Virus record (IMG/VR): IMGVR_UViG_3300020046_004224
Strand: one strand, 5' to 3'
DNA from: a virus
Lineage: Duplodnaviria > Caudoviricetes
DNA length: 64,000 nucleotides
The notes under the pieces were generated by a model. The model was given only the letters and a program-made list of their open reading frames with translations. It was not told the DNA's origin and searched no databases. Both the position numbers and the translations under genes were made by a program. Shown here piece after piece: positions 1 to 10,589 of this stretch; position 1 is the first letter of the stretch; every line of letters begins with the position of its first letter.

Positions 1-101
1 TTTATTGCTGCGTTTAAGGGTATCGAAAAATTTTCCCTTAACATCTGGTTCATTAACATCTGGTTCTGTATTTGTATCACTCATAGGCTTCTATTATATC
101 A

Positions 102-446
102 CTATTGTTTGTCTTTGTCTATCTGTTTTTTATATTTTCTGAACATTTCTGCTACCTCCGCCTTCCCCCATAAACCGAAACATGCTTCTATTTTATGTTT
201 CCCACGCCACGTTGTAACGCCATAATGGTTTCTCGAAGAATTTTTATATTCATCAGAATCTTCTGATGTATTCCACACTTCATAAGGAATTGTATATTTT
301 TTCTCATTTATATCATACAAAATAAGGCCAATGACTTTGCTCCAATTAAATTGATAAGGCTCGCCATCGATTACAATAAATCGAAATCCTTTTCGTTTTT
401 TAAAAAGTGAAGTATCCACTTCATGTCCCATCATTTTAAGAATCAT
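102..446 (-). CDS. hypothetical protein
   Basis: ORF in a tightly packed minus-strand run. Confidence 0.6.
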   Translation of the reverse strand: MILKMMGHEVDTSLFKKRKGFRFIVIDGEPYQFNWSKVIGLILYDINEKKYTIPYEVWNTSEDSDEYKNSSRNHYGVTTWRGKHKIEACFGLWGKAEVAEMFRKYKKQIDKDKQ

Positions 447-457
447 ATATTATATCT

Positions 458-664
458 TTAATTATTATTGACGAGCGTGTAATCCTCATCAATATCATAC
501 ACATCTATCATATATCGTTCAACCTCTTCAATTTGTCCAATGGATAAATGTACTTCAACTTCATCATAACAACACCCCTTAGAACACATTTGCATCTTTT
601 TAATCATCATAGGCTTTAATGCCTTGATGGTTAAATCATCATATATAGATTCATCGCCAATCAT
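458..664 (-). CDS. hypothetical protein
   Basis: ORF coupled to the clamp loader stop. Confidence 0.55.
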   Translation of the reverse strand: MIGDESIYDDLTIKALKPMMIKKMQMCSKGCCYDEVEVHLSIGQIEEVERYMIDVYDIDEDYTLVNNN

Positions 665-1566
665 AGTTTCTGACTCAGGTTAAACAATAATGCACTGAAA
701 TTGATTTCAGTATCAGCAACAAATGCATGTTTGTACATATAATCGGCAATCAGTAGCACTGCAACAGTATTACACTCCTTTACATATAAGTCAAATAGAG
801 ATTTCATCAATTGATGATAATCGTTGCCGAATTTATCGGAGTTAGAAATAACAAACTTTCTAATTTCAAATGCATCTTCCTTTGCTTTTAGTTTCGTTTT
901 GACGGATTCTGCAACGCCTGTATCAGTCTTGATCTTATAGATAAATGCACCAGTAGAACAATTTCTCTGCAATTCATTAATAGTTTTTCGAATATCAGGA
1001 AAATAGGTTTTAACCAAAAGACGAATATTTAAAACTTGTTCTTTCTCTACTTTAATACCTTCTGATTTTAAAATAGTAACTACCCTCTCAAGGATTTCTT
1101 TTTCGGTAACGGTGAATGTAAATTCTTGGCATCTCGACCTAATAGCTTCGATGATCTTGGAACGATAATTGCCAGTTAGAATAAATTTAACTTGATCTAG
1201 ATATTCTTCCAAAGTCACTCGCAATGCTTGTTGAAAAACTGTGCTTGCTCCATCTACTTCGTTGAGGATGACCACTTTAGGATTATCATCGATGCTTGCA
1301 ATTTCGATATATCCTTGAATTTTCTCTCTTAATACATCAATGGTACCCTGTTCGGATGCATTGATGATCATATAAGAATGCGGGGAAAACTTATCAGCAA
1401 GAATTTTTGCCATTGAGCTTTTTCCCGTGCCTGGACTTCCTGTAAAAAGGAGATTATTAGGTATTTCTTTTAAATTTAGGAAAAAGTTTTTATCTTCCTC
1501 ATTTAAAAGAACATCTTCTATTGTTTTCGGACTATATTTCATAGTCCATACTTGATTAATTGTCAT
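661..1566 (-). CDS. clamp loader AAA+ subunit (T4 gp44/RFC small-like)
   Basis: W-x-x-KY-x-P N-terminus, Walker A GSPGTGKS, INASE, NEVD Walker B variant, SRC motif. Confidence 0.92.
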   Translation of the reverse strand: MTINQVWTMKYSPKTIEDVLLNEEDKNFFLNLKEIPNNLLFTGSPGTGKSSMAKILADKFSPHSYMIINASEQGTIDVLREKIQGYIEIASIDDNPKVVILNEVDGASTVFQQALRVTLEEYLDQVKFILTGNYRSKIIEAIRSRCQEFTFTVTEKEILERVVTILKSEGIKVEKEQVLNIRLLVKTYFPDIRKTINELQRNCSTGAFIYKIKTDTGVAESVKTKLKAKEDAFEIRKFVISNSDKFGNDYHQLMKSLFDLYVKECNTVAVLLIADYMYKHAFVADTEINFSALLFNLSQKL

Positions 1567-1769
1567 TATTTTTTTATTTTAAGTGTGAATGGAACGCCTC
1601 CAACGATTTCGACTTTACCTTTTATCTGTTGGAAAAATTCTTTAAACACTCTTTTATGTTCATCGCTCATCGGTGGTGATGGCGGAGCAATTAAAGGAAT
1701 GCTATCAATTTGTAGATATGGTATTCCTTCTTTTGTAAGATTCCAGTACATATCAATAACATTTAGCAT
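1566..1769 (-). CDS. hypothetical protein
   Basis: overlapping start/stop with neighbours. Confidence 0.5.
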   Translation of the reverse strand: MLNVIDMYWNLTKEGIPYLQIDSIPLIAPPSPPMSDEHKRVFKEFFQQIKGKVEIVGGVPFTLKIKK

Positions 1770-2090
1770 TCAGGGTTCCCCATATGAATAGATGGACTCC
1801 GCCAACTATCAGTACGCCTTGCGCACCAAAGGATATGTATATCCCTAGATATACCATGCATTTTGCTATTTCTTTATAATGTTTCTTTATTGTATCTAAC
1901 ATAAGTGTAATCTCCGATTCTAAATGGTTTACCGTCTTGGGTATGAACTGCAAACATTGCAATATCCGTTTCCAATGTCTCTAATGCCGTCCACAATGCA
2001 TTTAATGATTTTAATTCTTGCGGACTGCATTTTTTCGCAATTTCAATACAATCTTTCGCAAGAGTTTTTACATCCTCGAAAGATGTAAGA

Positions 2091-2273
2091 TTAGCCGTTA
2101 ATGAGGGATTGACCATTATATTGTAAAATAGGTGAAGGATTTTGTTCGTTGACCTGAATACCTTGTAGAGTTGACAGAAGATTTATCACTTGACCCACTT
2201 TATCGGCAGGAATTGCGAATGTTTGATACCCGACTGTGATGTTAATACGATTAGAGCTTATAAGATTTGCCAT
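2091..2273 (-). CDS. hypothetical protein
   Basis: ORF directly behind a sigma70-type promoter. Confidence 0.55.
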   Translation of the reverse strand: MANLISSNRINITVGYQTFAIPADKVGQVINLLSTLQGIQVNEQNPSPILQYNGQSLING

Positions 2274-2307
2274 GTAGTATTATAGTGGAGTGCCTAATCT
2301 AATTCAA
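2274..2307 (-). promoter_or_regulatory. sigma70-type early promoter, probably giving a leaderless mRNA
   Basis: TTGAAT-17nt-TATAAT-5nt-ATG. Confidence 0.7.
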
Positions 2308-2332
2308 GGATGTTCTGTAACAAAAAGAAAAA

Positions 2333-2533
2333 TCACGCTTTAGTGTATAATTTCTTAAACTCTTCGACTGACATATAATATTCCTTCTTTTTATCTTCGT
2401 GATATGCAGTAACAGTCGGAGTGTTCTCATATGTGAATACTGTATATTTTCCACTTCGAGATGAATCGCTGGCACAAATCAAATTGCGTTCAAATGCTTT
2501 AAAGTCCGTCATCAAAGAGGTCATATTTTTCAA
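2333..2533 (-). CDS. hypothetical protein
   Basis: ORF. Confidence 0.5.
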   Translation of the reverse strand: MKNMTSLMTDFKAFERNLICASDSSRSGKYTVFTYENTPTVTAYHEDKKKEYYMSVEEFKKLYTKA

Positions 2534-2843
2534 TTAGTTCAGGATTTTCAAATATATTTCCGATAATTCTAAGAGGTCTAATCTGGTCATAGAAACTATA
2601 CCCGCTTTCTCTTAAAACAAAAGCCCCATTATTACTAAAGTCGATAATATCTATAATCTGGTTCTTATGGCACAGCGTTTGTGTCTCAATTATATCTCCT
2701 TTATAAATATCTTTTTTATTTTGGTCAACCATTCCCGTCCACTGGTGTATGATGTACTCAGGATCGTCAAAATTTATAAAACAGTTCCAGGGAATAAATT
2801 TTAAAAGCTTCGTGTCCCATACACGGAATTTGAAATTGTTCAT
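2499..2843 (-). CDS. YopX-family protein
   Basis: KFRVWD...QWTGMVD..K.IY.GDII...IIGNIFENPEL signature. Confidence 0.85.
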   Translation of the reverse strand: MNNFKFRVWDTKLLKFIPWNCFINFDDPEYIIHQWTGMVDQNKKDIYKGDIIETQTLCHKNQIIDIIDFSNNGAFVLRESGYSFYDQIRPLRIIGNIFENPELIEKYDLFDDGL

Positions 2844-2869
2844 AATGTATGATAAGCTAAAATCTTAAC

Positions 2870-3124
2870 ATGTCAATTAAAACATCAAAAATTGAAAAAT
2901 ATGGATTCTATGCATATATAAAGGGATTGGAAAAAGGTCTTGGGCTTGTTGTTCTAGGAATAGATACTGATGTATCGGGTGTAAAACTTCATATAGGTAA
3001 GATAGAGCGATTTTCAATGAAGAAGACCGAATTTGAGCGCCTGCTTAATTACGACATAATAGAATTTGTAGATATTGTTCCTAAGTTCGTATGGAAAGAG
3101 TACAAAAAGACATATGATAAATGA
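2870..3124 (+). CDS. hypothetical protein
   Basis: ORF. Confidence 0.6.
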   Translation: MSIKTSKIEKYGFYAYIKGLEKGLGLVVLGIDTDVSGVKLHIGKIERFSMKKTEFERLLNYDIIEFVDIVPKFVWKEYKKTYDK

Positions 3125-3158
3125 TTTGACTATGGCTCCTTGACGCTTATACTATCTC

Positions 3159-4079
3159 ATGCAATATGACAAACTTATTATAGATGGTAACAACTTTCTA
3201 TTTCGGGCTTTCTTTACAAAAAGACCCAACAAATATATTAACGGAATAAATGCAACGCCTATTCATCAGTTTATGAATATGATAAAATCGGTTGTTGGCA
3301 AGTTCCGTCCTAAAGAAATATATCTAACATGGGATAAAAAACTAAACTCGACCAAACCGAATTTTAGAAAAACTCTTGTTCCATATAAAGAACAGAGAAT
3401 TGAAAGTGATGCAATGCATGAACTGTTTGAGACTATTCCATATATTCAAGAATTTATGGATGCACTCGGAGTTAAAACGATCTATCCTGTCAACATGGAA
3501 GCGGATGATGTTATTCGATTTTTATCCATAGGTTATCTAAAAAGCACCATTATTGTGTCATCTGATAATGATCTTCTCCAGCTTATCACCGACGATGTTC
3601 ATCTATATCTTCCTACGAAAGATGTTATTGTAACATTGGAAAATTTCGAAGAGGTTGTAACTGTCAAGCCTGAATTGTTTATTCTATACAAAGCTATTTT
3701 AGGAGACAAATCAGATAATATCGAAGGTATATCTGGTTATGGTCCAGTTAAATCTAAAATTCTTGCACAAGAAATATACGATGACCACGAAATGGGCGAC
3801 GAAGACCCTTTGGATAAATATCCACAAGAAATTTTTGCTAAAATTGATCTCAATAAACGTGTCATGGATTTGAGTCGCACAGAATCGGAACAACCAGAGG
3901 AGTATGAATTTTATAAAGATCAGGCACGCAACTTTAATACTGAGTTCAATTCTGATAAGCTTCATGAACTATTTGAAAATCTTGAAATGATTCAGTTTTT
4001 AAAGAATTTTGGTGAATGGAATAGATTGTTTAATCCTGATTATGATAATAGTGATTTACTTTTACAAATTTGTATGTAA
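3159..4079 (+). CDS. rnh: 5'-3' exonuclease / T4 RNase H-like flap nuclease
   Basis: IDGNN, YK.R, EADD, SSDNDLLQL, GDKSDNI.GI.GYG motifs; upstream TTGACT-N-TATACT promoter. Confidence 0.9.
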   Translation: MQYDKLIIDGNNFLFRAFFTKRPNKYINGINATPIHQFMNMIKSVVGKFRPKEIYLTWDKKLNSTKPNFRKTLVPYKEQRIESDAMHELFETIPYIQEFMDALGVKTIYPVNMEADDVIRFLSIGYLKSTIIVSSDNDLLQLITDDVHLYLPTKDVIVTLENFEEVVTVKPELFILYKAILGDKSDNIEGISGYGPVKSKILAQEIYDDHEMGDEDPLDKYPQEIFAKIDLNKRVMDLSRTESEQPEEYEFYKDQARNFNTEFNSDKLHELFENLEMIQFLKNFGEWNRLFNPDYDNSDLLLQICM

Positions 4080-4092
4080 ATAAAACATATAT

Positions 4093-4281
4093 ATGCAATT
4101 GCTACAAAATACCCCTATTACATGTCGATCATGTCAAAATCCTACAATGGGCCGTGAGACTCCAGTGAGAAAATCAGATGGTTCATTAGTTATGGAATGT
4201 GATTGGCGCTGCCAGAGATGTGGAACATACCTCAAACATGGCATAACCAGAATCATCGAATCGGCTCCCCAAAAGAAATAA
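4093..4281 (+). CDS. small zinc-ribbon protein
   Basis: CRSC...CQRC. Confidence 0.6.
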   Translation: MQLLQNTPITCRSCQNPTMGRETPVRKSDGSLVMECDWRCQRCGTYLKHGITRIIESAPQKK

Positions 4282-4679
4282 TGAAAACAAGTAAAAAGAT
4301 TCTATATATATGTTTATCTTTATTGATAACCGCTACAATAAGTGGGGGTCTATCATTAGGGGTCGAACTATTTCTTGCACTCTCGTTCTGGAAAAGTTTC
4401 TTTTTCTTCTCAACAGCACAATTAGTAATTCCCTTTCTATGGTCGAAATATTATGAAACAGCTAATTTACTTGCATATGCAAAAGAATATGCAAGTAAAC
4501 CATTTAAGGAATATCGAATCGGACTTAACTGTGCCCATTGTGGACACAACAACAAAGTCGAAGTTAATCTAGTTGATACAGAATTTAAATGCACCAACTG
4601 TGGAAAGGACAACGGTATTCATGTAGAATTTATGACTGCCGCTATTACCGAACCTATTGGTGATACAAATTTTCTATGA
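4281..4679 (+). CDS. membrane protein with C-terminal zinc ribbon
   Basis: two hydrophobic helices, CAHC...CTNC; start re-called to ATG 4281. Confidence 0.6.
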   Translation: MKTSKKILYICLSLLITATISGGLSLGVELFLALSFWKSFFFFSTAQLVIPFLWSKYYETANLLAYAKEYASKPFKEYRIGLNCAHCGHNNKVEVNLVDTEFKCTNCGKDNGIHVEFMTAAITEPIGDTNFL

Positions 4680-5122
4680 GTTTAATTAAGCCTGATATGG
4701 ATTATGATCCGACTAAGCGTATGGATATGTATATCCCTGGAAAATCCCAGACAATAATGCCGGAAAAACTAGAAAAAATTCCAACCACATCAAAAGAGGA
4801 ATTTCACCAGAGTCTTCAATTATTCATGAATAATTTCGAAGATATGGATTTTATCCGATTCTATAATCTATCCAAGATAACCTTTAAAACAAGTATAAAT
4901 GTCCAAGATAGTGTCTCGTTTTTCGAGAAATTCTCAACATTATATGTCGGAGCACTGAAAAAGAACTTTCCGACTAAAGACTTAGAACAAGTAGAAAAAT
5001 CTTTATATATTATAAAAACACATCTTGCAGAAATACTTAAACATGATAATGTTGAGAACAAATTTTTGTTGCCTATGTTGATAGGCATGACAGAAGGAAT
5101 ATTAAATGATGAAAACTATTAA
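4676..5122 (+). CDS. hypothetical protein
   Basis: coupled ORF. Confidence 0.6.
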   Translation: MSLIKPDMDYDPTKRMDMYIPGKSQTIMPEKLEKIPTTSKEEFHQSLQLFMNNFEDMDFIRFYNLSKITFKTSINVQDSVSFFEKFSTLYVGALKKNFPTKDLEQVEKSLYIIKTHLAEILKHDNVENKFLLPMLIGMTEGILNDENY

Positions 5123-5660
5123 GAAATTAGCAAAAGAATATTATAAACCCGACAATGATACTGTGGATTGGTCTAAGCTCGTAGGAAAAACATGCGTAGT
5201 TGAGGTATACAACCGGCCAAATAACACACGGCTTATCAAAGAATTATATATTATAGATTTCGAAGAGACTAATAATATTATAAAATTTAAATACGATAGC
5301 GATAAAGATTCACAATGGTTAGGGCTTGATAGTTATACGGATGTCAACTTTAGACTTATTTTTGTGTTTGAACCTATAAAACCCGAGGAACCGAAAAACT
5401 ATAAAGATTTATCACTGATTCTCGAAGAGGCCAAAAAGAATAATGAATATATTCCACCGAAAAATCCTCTAAGACCGGTATATCCATACAACCCAGGATG
5501 GGATTATCCTGTTAATCCTCCGTCATGGCTGAAACCGAATAATCCACTTCAACCATATTGTTTAGAGAACGATATGTTTAGAGTGCATGATCCGATATAC
5601 TCCCATCAAAAGGAATACGATGATCATGAACCTTGGACTTGCCACGATCTACAAAATTAA
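5106..5660 (+). CDS. hypothetical protein, Pro-rich C-terminus
   Basis: coupled ORF. Confidence 0.6.
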   Translation: MMKTIKKLAKEYYKPDNDTVDWSKLVGKTCVVEVYNRPNNTRLIKELYIIDFEETNNIIKFKYDSDKDSQWLGLDSYTDVNFRLIFVFEPIKPEEPKNYKDLSLILEEAKKNNEYIPPKNPLRPVYPYNPGWDYPVNPPSWLKPNNPLQPYCLENDMFRVHDPIYSHQKEYDDHEPWTCHDLQN

Positions 5661-5665
5661 TTTAA

Positions 5666-6205
5666 ATGGAAAATATAAACACATTCATCTTGCCGGAAAT
5701 TAAAAAACCGGAAAAACCAAAAAAAGAACCTAAGAAAATTCTTGATACTAAAGAACGTTTGACACGAACCAATCGAGAGGTTACGTGTGCATACTGCAAC
5801 GACTTGAAAATTCTTAATCCAGATCAATATCAACTTTTATATGATATTCATGGGTCAGATGAAAAGATTGCAGATGAATATATGTGCAAACCTTGTGAAA
5901 TGAAATCTAAGAATAATCCAGTAGAATTCTGGATAACACATGGAGAACTTTTACAAAATCTTTCTAAAGACCTGAAAGATATGTTTGATGCATTCAACGG
6001 GTCGTTTAAGACTCAGCAAGACCTGACAGTATTACAAAGTATTGTGACAGGAAAATTAAAGGAGTCTAAAATAGTATCTTTTAATATACTTCTTTCCCGT
6101 GACAACCTCGCCAAAGGTGTCCAAATAAAAGATTTCCCGTTTGTGGGAACAATAAATCTAAAAATATATGAACAAAGAAAAAATCGGATCGAAGTTATCA
6201 GATAA
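5666..6205 (+). CDS. hypothetical Zn-binding protein
   Basis: CAYC...CKPC. Confidence 0.6.
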   Translation: MENINTFILPEIKKPEKPKKEPKKILDTKERLTRTNREVTCAYCNDLKILNPDQYQLLYDIHGSDEKIADEYMCKPCEMKSKNNPVEFWITHGELLQNLSKDLKDMFDAFNGSFKTQQDLTVLQSIVTGKLKESKIVSFNILLSRDNLAKGVQIKDFPFVGTINLKIYEQRKNRIEVIR

Positions 6206-6491
6206 ATATAAAATTAAACCCGCATCAGAAATGTCCTTAGAGGAGGAGGCAAAATGGGTAGCATTATGTAATGCATTGAAATTTATCAATACAACTAGTC
6301 AATTAACAGGAATGGTGGTAGAAGAAAAGGATATTTCACACGGAGATTTACTAACTTATATTAATAATGTAAGCGGTGATATAAAAACCTGCGTTGAGCA
6401 GATGGGCGGAATACCTTTTAAATATTCTCTACGAGGTGGAACAGAAGAATCAAAAAATACAGAAGAACTAACATACGAATTTTTAGCATGA
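6168..6491 (+). CDS. hypothetical protein
   Basis: ORF. Confidence 0.55.
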   Translation: MNKEKIGSKLSDKYKIKPASEMSLEEEAKWVALCNALKFINTTSQLTGMVVEEKDISHGDLLTYINNVSGDIKTCVEQMGGIPFKYSLRGGTEESKNTEELTYEFLA

Positions 6492-6730
6492 AGAAATATT
6501 TTCTATTAATAGCTGGGGATGACTACTATCCTGCAAATGGTACGTATGACTGGCAAGGATGTTATGAAACATATGATGCTGCTTATGATGCTTATTTAAA
6601 ATTGGATAGATGCTATGATTGGCATAATATAGTCGATCTACGAGAGTGGATGAACAAAAAAATCTTAAAAATCCCAGGTGAAAACCTGGGATTTTTTGTT
6701 TCTGTAAAAAATGTTTTTGATGATAAATAA
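6488..6730 (+). CDS. hypothetical phage protein
   Basis: F.L.AGD.YYP..G..DW motif typical of small phage ORFs. Confidence 0.55.
   Translation: MKKYFLLIAGDDYYPANGTYDWQGCYETYDAAYDAYLKLDRCYDWHNIVDLREWMNKKILKIPGENLGFFVSVKNVFDDK
6667..6697 (+). terminator. rho-independent (bidirectional) terminator
   Basis: AAAAATCCCAGG-TGAAAA-CCTGGGATTTTTT. Confidence 0.75.
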
Positions 6731-6734
6731 TTAC

Positions 6735-7415
6735 ATGGCACTAGGCAGTATCAAAAACGCAAGAGAAGTATTTCAGCAACACGATTTTTCGAGATCATGG
6801 CAGATTAGAATTTTGAACATGAATAATGTTCCTGATTATGTGTATAGAGAAATTATCGAAAAACCTGCTGGAATGGGTGGACACGTTTATGCTAAGACAT
6901 TAACTATTCCTGGTCGAGAAATTACAAATATCGAAGTTCCATATCAAGGGTTTCCTATCAATGTTCCTGGTATGGCAAAATATACGCCAAACCCAATTTC
7001 TATAGTTTTCAGAACGCCATCCGATTACTTGGTTCGAAATGCATTGGAAAGATGGAGCTTTGAAACCATCAGTGATGAAACTTCCTGTGGAAAGGGATCA
7101 GCATGTGATAATACCACTATAGACTTGGCTGTGTTAGCCCCTAATTGTGATATTATGCGAGTATATAGATTACATGGAGTGTATCCTCAGAGTGTCGGCG
7201 AGATTGCGTACGATATTACAGGCAACGATTTAACCGAATTCACGGCAGCATTTCAATATCAATACTGGAGAATCGCTCATGCATACGAAACTGGAGTACT
7301 AGACTCTAATGCCGGGGCACAGGCCGAAATTGACAATGTATTCGCGTCTTATGAGGCGAAGATTTTGGCTGGATCAGGTTCGACATGTCCTCCACTAAAT
7401 CTTCCCCAAAGATAA
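6735..7415 (+). CDS. T4 gp19-like tail tube / tube-initiator protein
   Basis: TLTIPG...EVPYQG....PG...Y, R.Y.L.GVYP.SVGEI.YD......EF...F.YQYW; preceded by ATAAATA. Confidence 0.8.
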   Translation: MALGSIKNAREVFQQHDFSRSWQIRILNMNNVPDYVYREIIEKPAGMGGHVYAKTLTIPGREITNIEVPYQGFPINVPGMAKYTPNPISIVFRTPSDYLVRNALERWSFETISDETSCGKGSACDNTTIDLAVLAPNCDIMRVYRLHGVYPQSVGEIAYDITGNDLTEFTAAFQYQYWRIAHAYETGVLDSNAGAQAEIDNVFASYEAKILAGSGSTCPPLNLPQR

Positions 7416-7452
7416 ATTATATTGATTTTACTTCTTCTTAGTTTTATAGTAT

Positions 7453-8694
7453 GTGATGAGAAAATCATGGCCTAAAACATTGGAAGATGTTAAAGTATTG
7501 CTACCCGATTATATAGATATTAAGGATGAAACCTATCAAGGATTTCATAAATCTGCAACATTTATTGATAAGGATTATAATACAGAATTTATAAGAACTG
7601 TTAGATATGTAGTGGTGTATAAATCTGGCTGCAACGAAAGACAAAAGAACCATCGCCAAGATCAAAAATTATATTATTCAACCGAATATATACAGGACAC
7701 ATGTAACAGTGTTCGTTCTAGAAAAGAATTACAAGATAAATTTCCGACAATATTCAATTATATTAAAAATAATGATATACCATTCAACTTGTATTGCTCC
7801 CATTTTATTAAAAGCAATTCATCCAGGGGCGAAGAAATAACCAAATTAATAGCACAAAAATTACTACATCCACATCCATTTATCGAAAATTGTCGAGATG
7901 CTATTCCTTGTTATAGGGCAGAACTGGATATATATTTTCCAACATTGAAAATAGCGTTTGAATATAATGGGTGGTATTTTCATAAAAAGGAACATACCAT
8001 GAATAAAGATACCGTAAAGAAAATCAAGTGTGCCGAAAATGGTATTCTGCTACTGGTTATAAATGAATCCCGAGAGGGTATTGAACATACTAAGGATATA
8101 ATAGTTTATATAAAACAGTGGTTCATTCAAAACATTGATAAAATAAACAATTATTGTAATATATTATATCACCCATTAGACATTAATTCTTTAGATATTT
8201 CTATCGAAGATGTTTATAAACATTTAACCTCTCTGGACGATATTAAATCTTCTATAAAAGAGTGTTCAAGTCTTACCGAATTTAAGGTGAAACACAAAAA
8301 TAGCTGGAACATTTTACGCTATAATGATTTATTATACTTGTTAAATGATCTTCCTATTATCAGAGATTATAATAAATATACGGATGAGGAATTTATCCAA
8401 AAAGCAACTACAGAATTTACGTCGTATGCCGATTTTATCAGATCAAAACTTTTTAAAAAGCTTATCAATAATCAAAACAGAAGAAAAATATTGGATACTA
8501 TAAGAGATATATTCCCTAAATTTACCCATAACAAATACCATTGGTCCGCATTTTCCGATTTTGAATTAATAAATTTTATTGCAAAGAAATTCTCTTCTTA
8601 TAAAGAATTTTCCAAAAACAAGCCTCTTTATAAGAAATGTCATAAGAGAGGTTTAGTTAAAACTATTAAAATTAATTTTAGTAGTTTTCTCTAA
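7453..8694 (+). CDS. putative homing endonuclease (PD-(D/E)XK/Vsr-like with repeated helical modules)
   Basis: ELDIYFP.LKIAFEYNG.YFH...D..K...C...GI.L. Confidence 0.75.
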   Translation: MMRKSWPKTLEDVKVLLPDYIDIKDETYQGFHKSATFIDKDYNTEFIRTVRYVVVYKSGCNERQKNHRQDQKLYYSTEYIQDTCNSVRSRKELQDKFPTIFNYIKNNDIPFNLYCSHFIKSNSSRGEEITKLIAQKLLHPHPFIENCRDAIPCYRAELDIYFPTLKIAFEYNGWYFHKKEHTMNKDTVKKIKCAENGILLLVINESREGIEHTKDIIVYIKQWFIQNIDKINNYCNILYHPLDINSLDISIEDVYKHLTSLDDIKSSIKECSSLTEFKVKHKNSWNILRYNDLLYLLNDLPIIRDYNKYTDEEFIQKATTEFTSYADFIRSKLFKKLINNQNRRKILDTIRDIFPKFTHNKYHWSAFSDFELINFIAKKFSSYKEFSKNKPLYKKCHKRGLVKTIKINFSSFL

Positions 8695-9334
8695 TATGTT
8701 TCTCATATCTTTTACGAACAATTGTTTTTAAATTATATCCTTTATCTTCGATTTGTGGAATTAGATTATTTCGTAACCAGTTTCGACGATATGTTTCATC
8801 AGTATTGGTTTCATCTTCTACAACATATTTCTCCAAATCATGTTCTTTGACAAAAGCCCGAAACTCTTCCTTTTCATTTAGAATAAATGGGCGAATAATA
8901 GTAAGACCGAAATCTTTATATTCGGTAACAAGGGGGACTGGGAGGTATTCCGGTACTCCGTTTAAACAATTATACATGTAATTTTCACATGCATCGTCGA
9001 TGTGATGACCTGTGATAACGTGTCCCATTCCAGCCATTGCTTTATAACGCAATGTTCGTAATTCCGCCTCTGTGGTATGAAAATGTTCAGAAGTATCTAA
9101 TCTCCTTTCCCGCCAAACAAGACCAATATTAAAATCAATACAGAAATCAACAACTGCTTTTTCCATGAGATCGTTCTGTGGACGCAGTTTATGATTGAAA
9201 TGAAAACAATTAACATTGATCTTAGGGCATTTCATTTTAAGAAATGCCGCAATAGCAAGGCTATCAACCCCGCCACTACATGCAACGGTTACTTTGTTGT
9301 TTGCTAATTTCAGAATTTGAGGAATGAATCTCAT
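8678..9334 (-). CDS. tilS: tRNA(Ile)-lysidine synthetase (N-terminal PP-loop domain only)
   Basis: ACSGGVDS, HFNH.LR, E...R..RY, TGHH.DD..E, RP, DETN....YRRN.LR. Confidence 0.92.
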   Translation of the reverse strand: MRFIPQILKLANNKVTVACSGGVDSLAIAAFLKMKCPKINVNCFHFNHKLRPQNDLMEKAVVDFCIDFNIGLVWRERRLDTSEHFHTTEAELRTLRYKAMAGMGHVITGHHIDDACENYMYNCLNGVPEYLPVPLVTEYKDFGLTIIRPFILNEKEEFRAFVKEHDLEKYVVEDETNTDETYRRNWLRNNLIPQIEDKGYNLKTIVRKRYEKHIRENY

Positions 9335-9347
9335 TCCATATCATACA

Positions 9348-10106
9348 CTATTCACCAGCTAAGTCAACCATATCTGTCATATATGTATAAGTTGTTTTTA
9401 ATATCCATTTCTTTGTTGCATCAGATACTTGGCCCATCCAATGTTCTTGTGGTAATTTATTAAGAACCGCTTTAACGGCACGGTTGATAGCTGTTTGTTT
9501 TTGCGTCTCATCTTCTGCATTATGTGCTTGCATCAAATGATATTGGACCATTTGGTTATTTTGTATTTCCCCCGGCAACCAGCCCATGAAATGTGCATTA
9601 ACCTCATCGTCCGAATTTATATATTCGTCTTGCGACGTTGGACGGTTATTTTTAAATCGACCAACATCCTGTACAATATCCTCATATGCATGAGCAATTT
9701 CATGACGAAGCATGTCTTTAATATATTTAGGAAGACTTTTGTTGATGAAATCTTCGAATTTTCTTTCTTTATAGTAGTCCTGGTCTTTCTTAGATGCATT
9801 TACATAGATTTCAATACGTCCATTAGATTCTGCGGTTTCGGGGAAATACATTGCAGAGGCACCGGATTCATTATCAGTCGGATTTTGTTGCATCTCTGCT
9901 CTTGCTGCATGAGAACGTCCTTTATATAATTTAATATCTAAATCATACATATCACCAATGGATACTGTAATAGTATCACCAGAACGTATTGATTTCTTCT
10001 TTGCAAGTTTTTCTTGTAATTGATTAATTACGTCTTCTGATAATGTGGCAAGATCGACGAAATATGCACGTTCTCTAAGTAAAAGATATTGTTTAAGGTC
10101 TAACAT
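9348..10106 (-). CDS. putative zinc metallopeptidase-like virion protein
   Basis: HEIAH (HExxH) plus downstream E; TAAGTA late motif upstream. Confidence 0.55.
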   Translation of the reverse strand: MLDLKQYLLLRERAYFVDLATLSEDVINQLQEKLAKKKSIRSGDTITVSIGDMYDLDIKLYKGRSHAARAEMQQNPTDNESGASAMYFPETAESNGRIEIYVNASKKDQDYYKERKFEDFINKSLPKYIKDMLRHEIAHAYEDIVQDVGRFKNNRPTSQDEYINSDDEVNAHFMGWLPGEIQNNQMVQYHLMQAHNAEDETQKQTAINRAVKAVLNKLPQEHWMGQVSDATKKWILKTTYTYMTDMVDLAGE

Positions 10107-10114
10107 AAAAATAC

Positions 10115-10149
10115 TTATCGGCTATTCAGTAAAAACCAAATAGCCGATA
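10115..10149. repeat. inverted repeat overlapping a late-promoter motif
   Basis: TTATCGGCTATT...AATAGCCGATAA. Confidence 0.65.
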
Positions 10150-10209
10150 AATACGATGGAGAAACTCATCACAGTTTCTCAGATTTAGGGTAGATTGCCC
10201 TAAAAATTA

Positions 10210-10551
10210 TTACATACAATTTTCGAGATGGCTGGCAATCCAGCGGAAAGACATTCCCTTATCATTCAATTTCATGAGATTCTCGGTTACTGCGGAATCT
10301 TCAAAGGTCAAGACCTTTGGAAGGAAGTTGTATTGCTTTCCTGATGGTGCTCCTGCCATCTTTGTGATAGAACCCTTATTCACGCCTGCAATACGGTATG
10401 CAACGCCTAAAACGTCATATGCATCATCCTGTGGATCACGCATTCTGCCGTTGGTTTGTGTATATCTTCCACTACGCAGTGCTCTCACAAGTTTGTTGCG
10501 AAAACGACGTGGGAGTTTTTGATTTTTAATTTCTGTATTTTCTGTTTCCAT
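10210..10551 (-). CDS. hypothetical phage protein
   Basis: ALRSG.Y.Q..G.........LGV...LND.G.SF..IA pattern common in phages. Confidence 0.65.
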   Translation of the reverse strand: METENTEIKNQKLPRRFRNKLVRALRSGRYTQTNGRMRDPQDDAYDVLGVAYRIAGVNKGSITKMAGAPSGKQYNFLPKVLTFEDSAVTENLMKLNDKGMSFRWIASHLENCM

Positions 10552-10589
10552 AAGGCTTTAAACTTAACATATCGGCCAAACCGCTTCAA

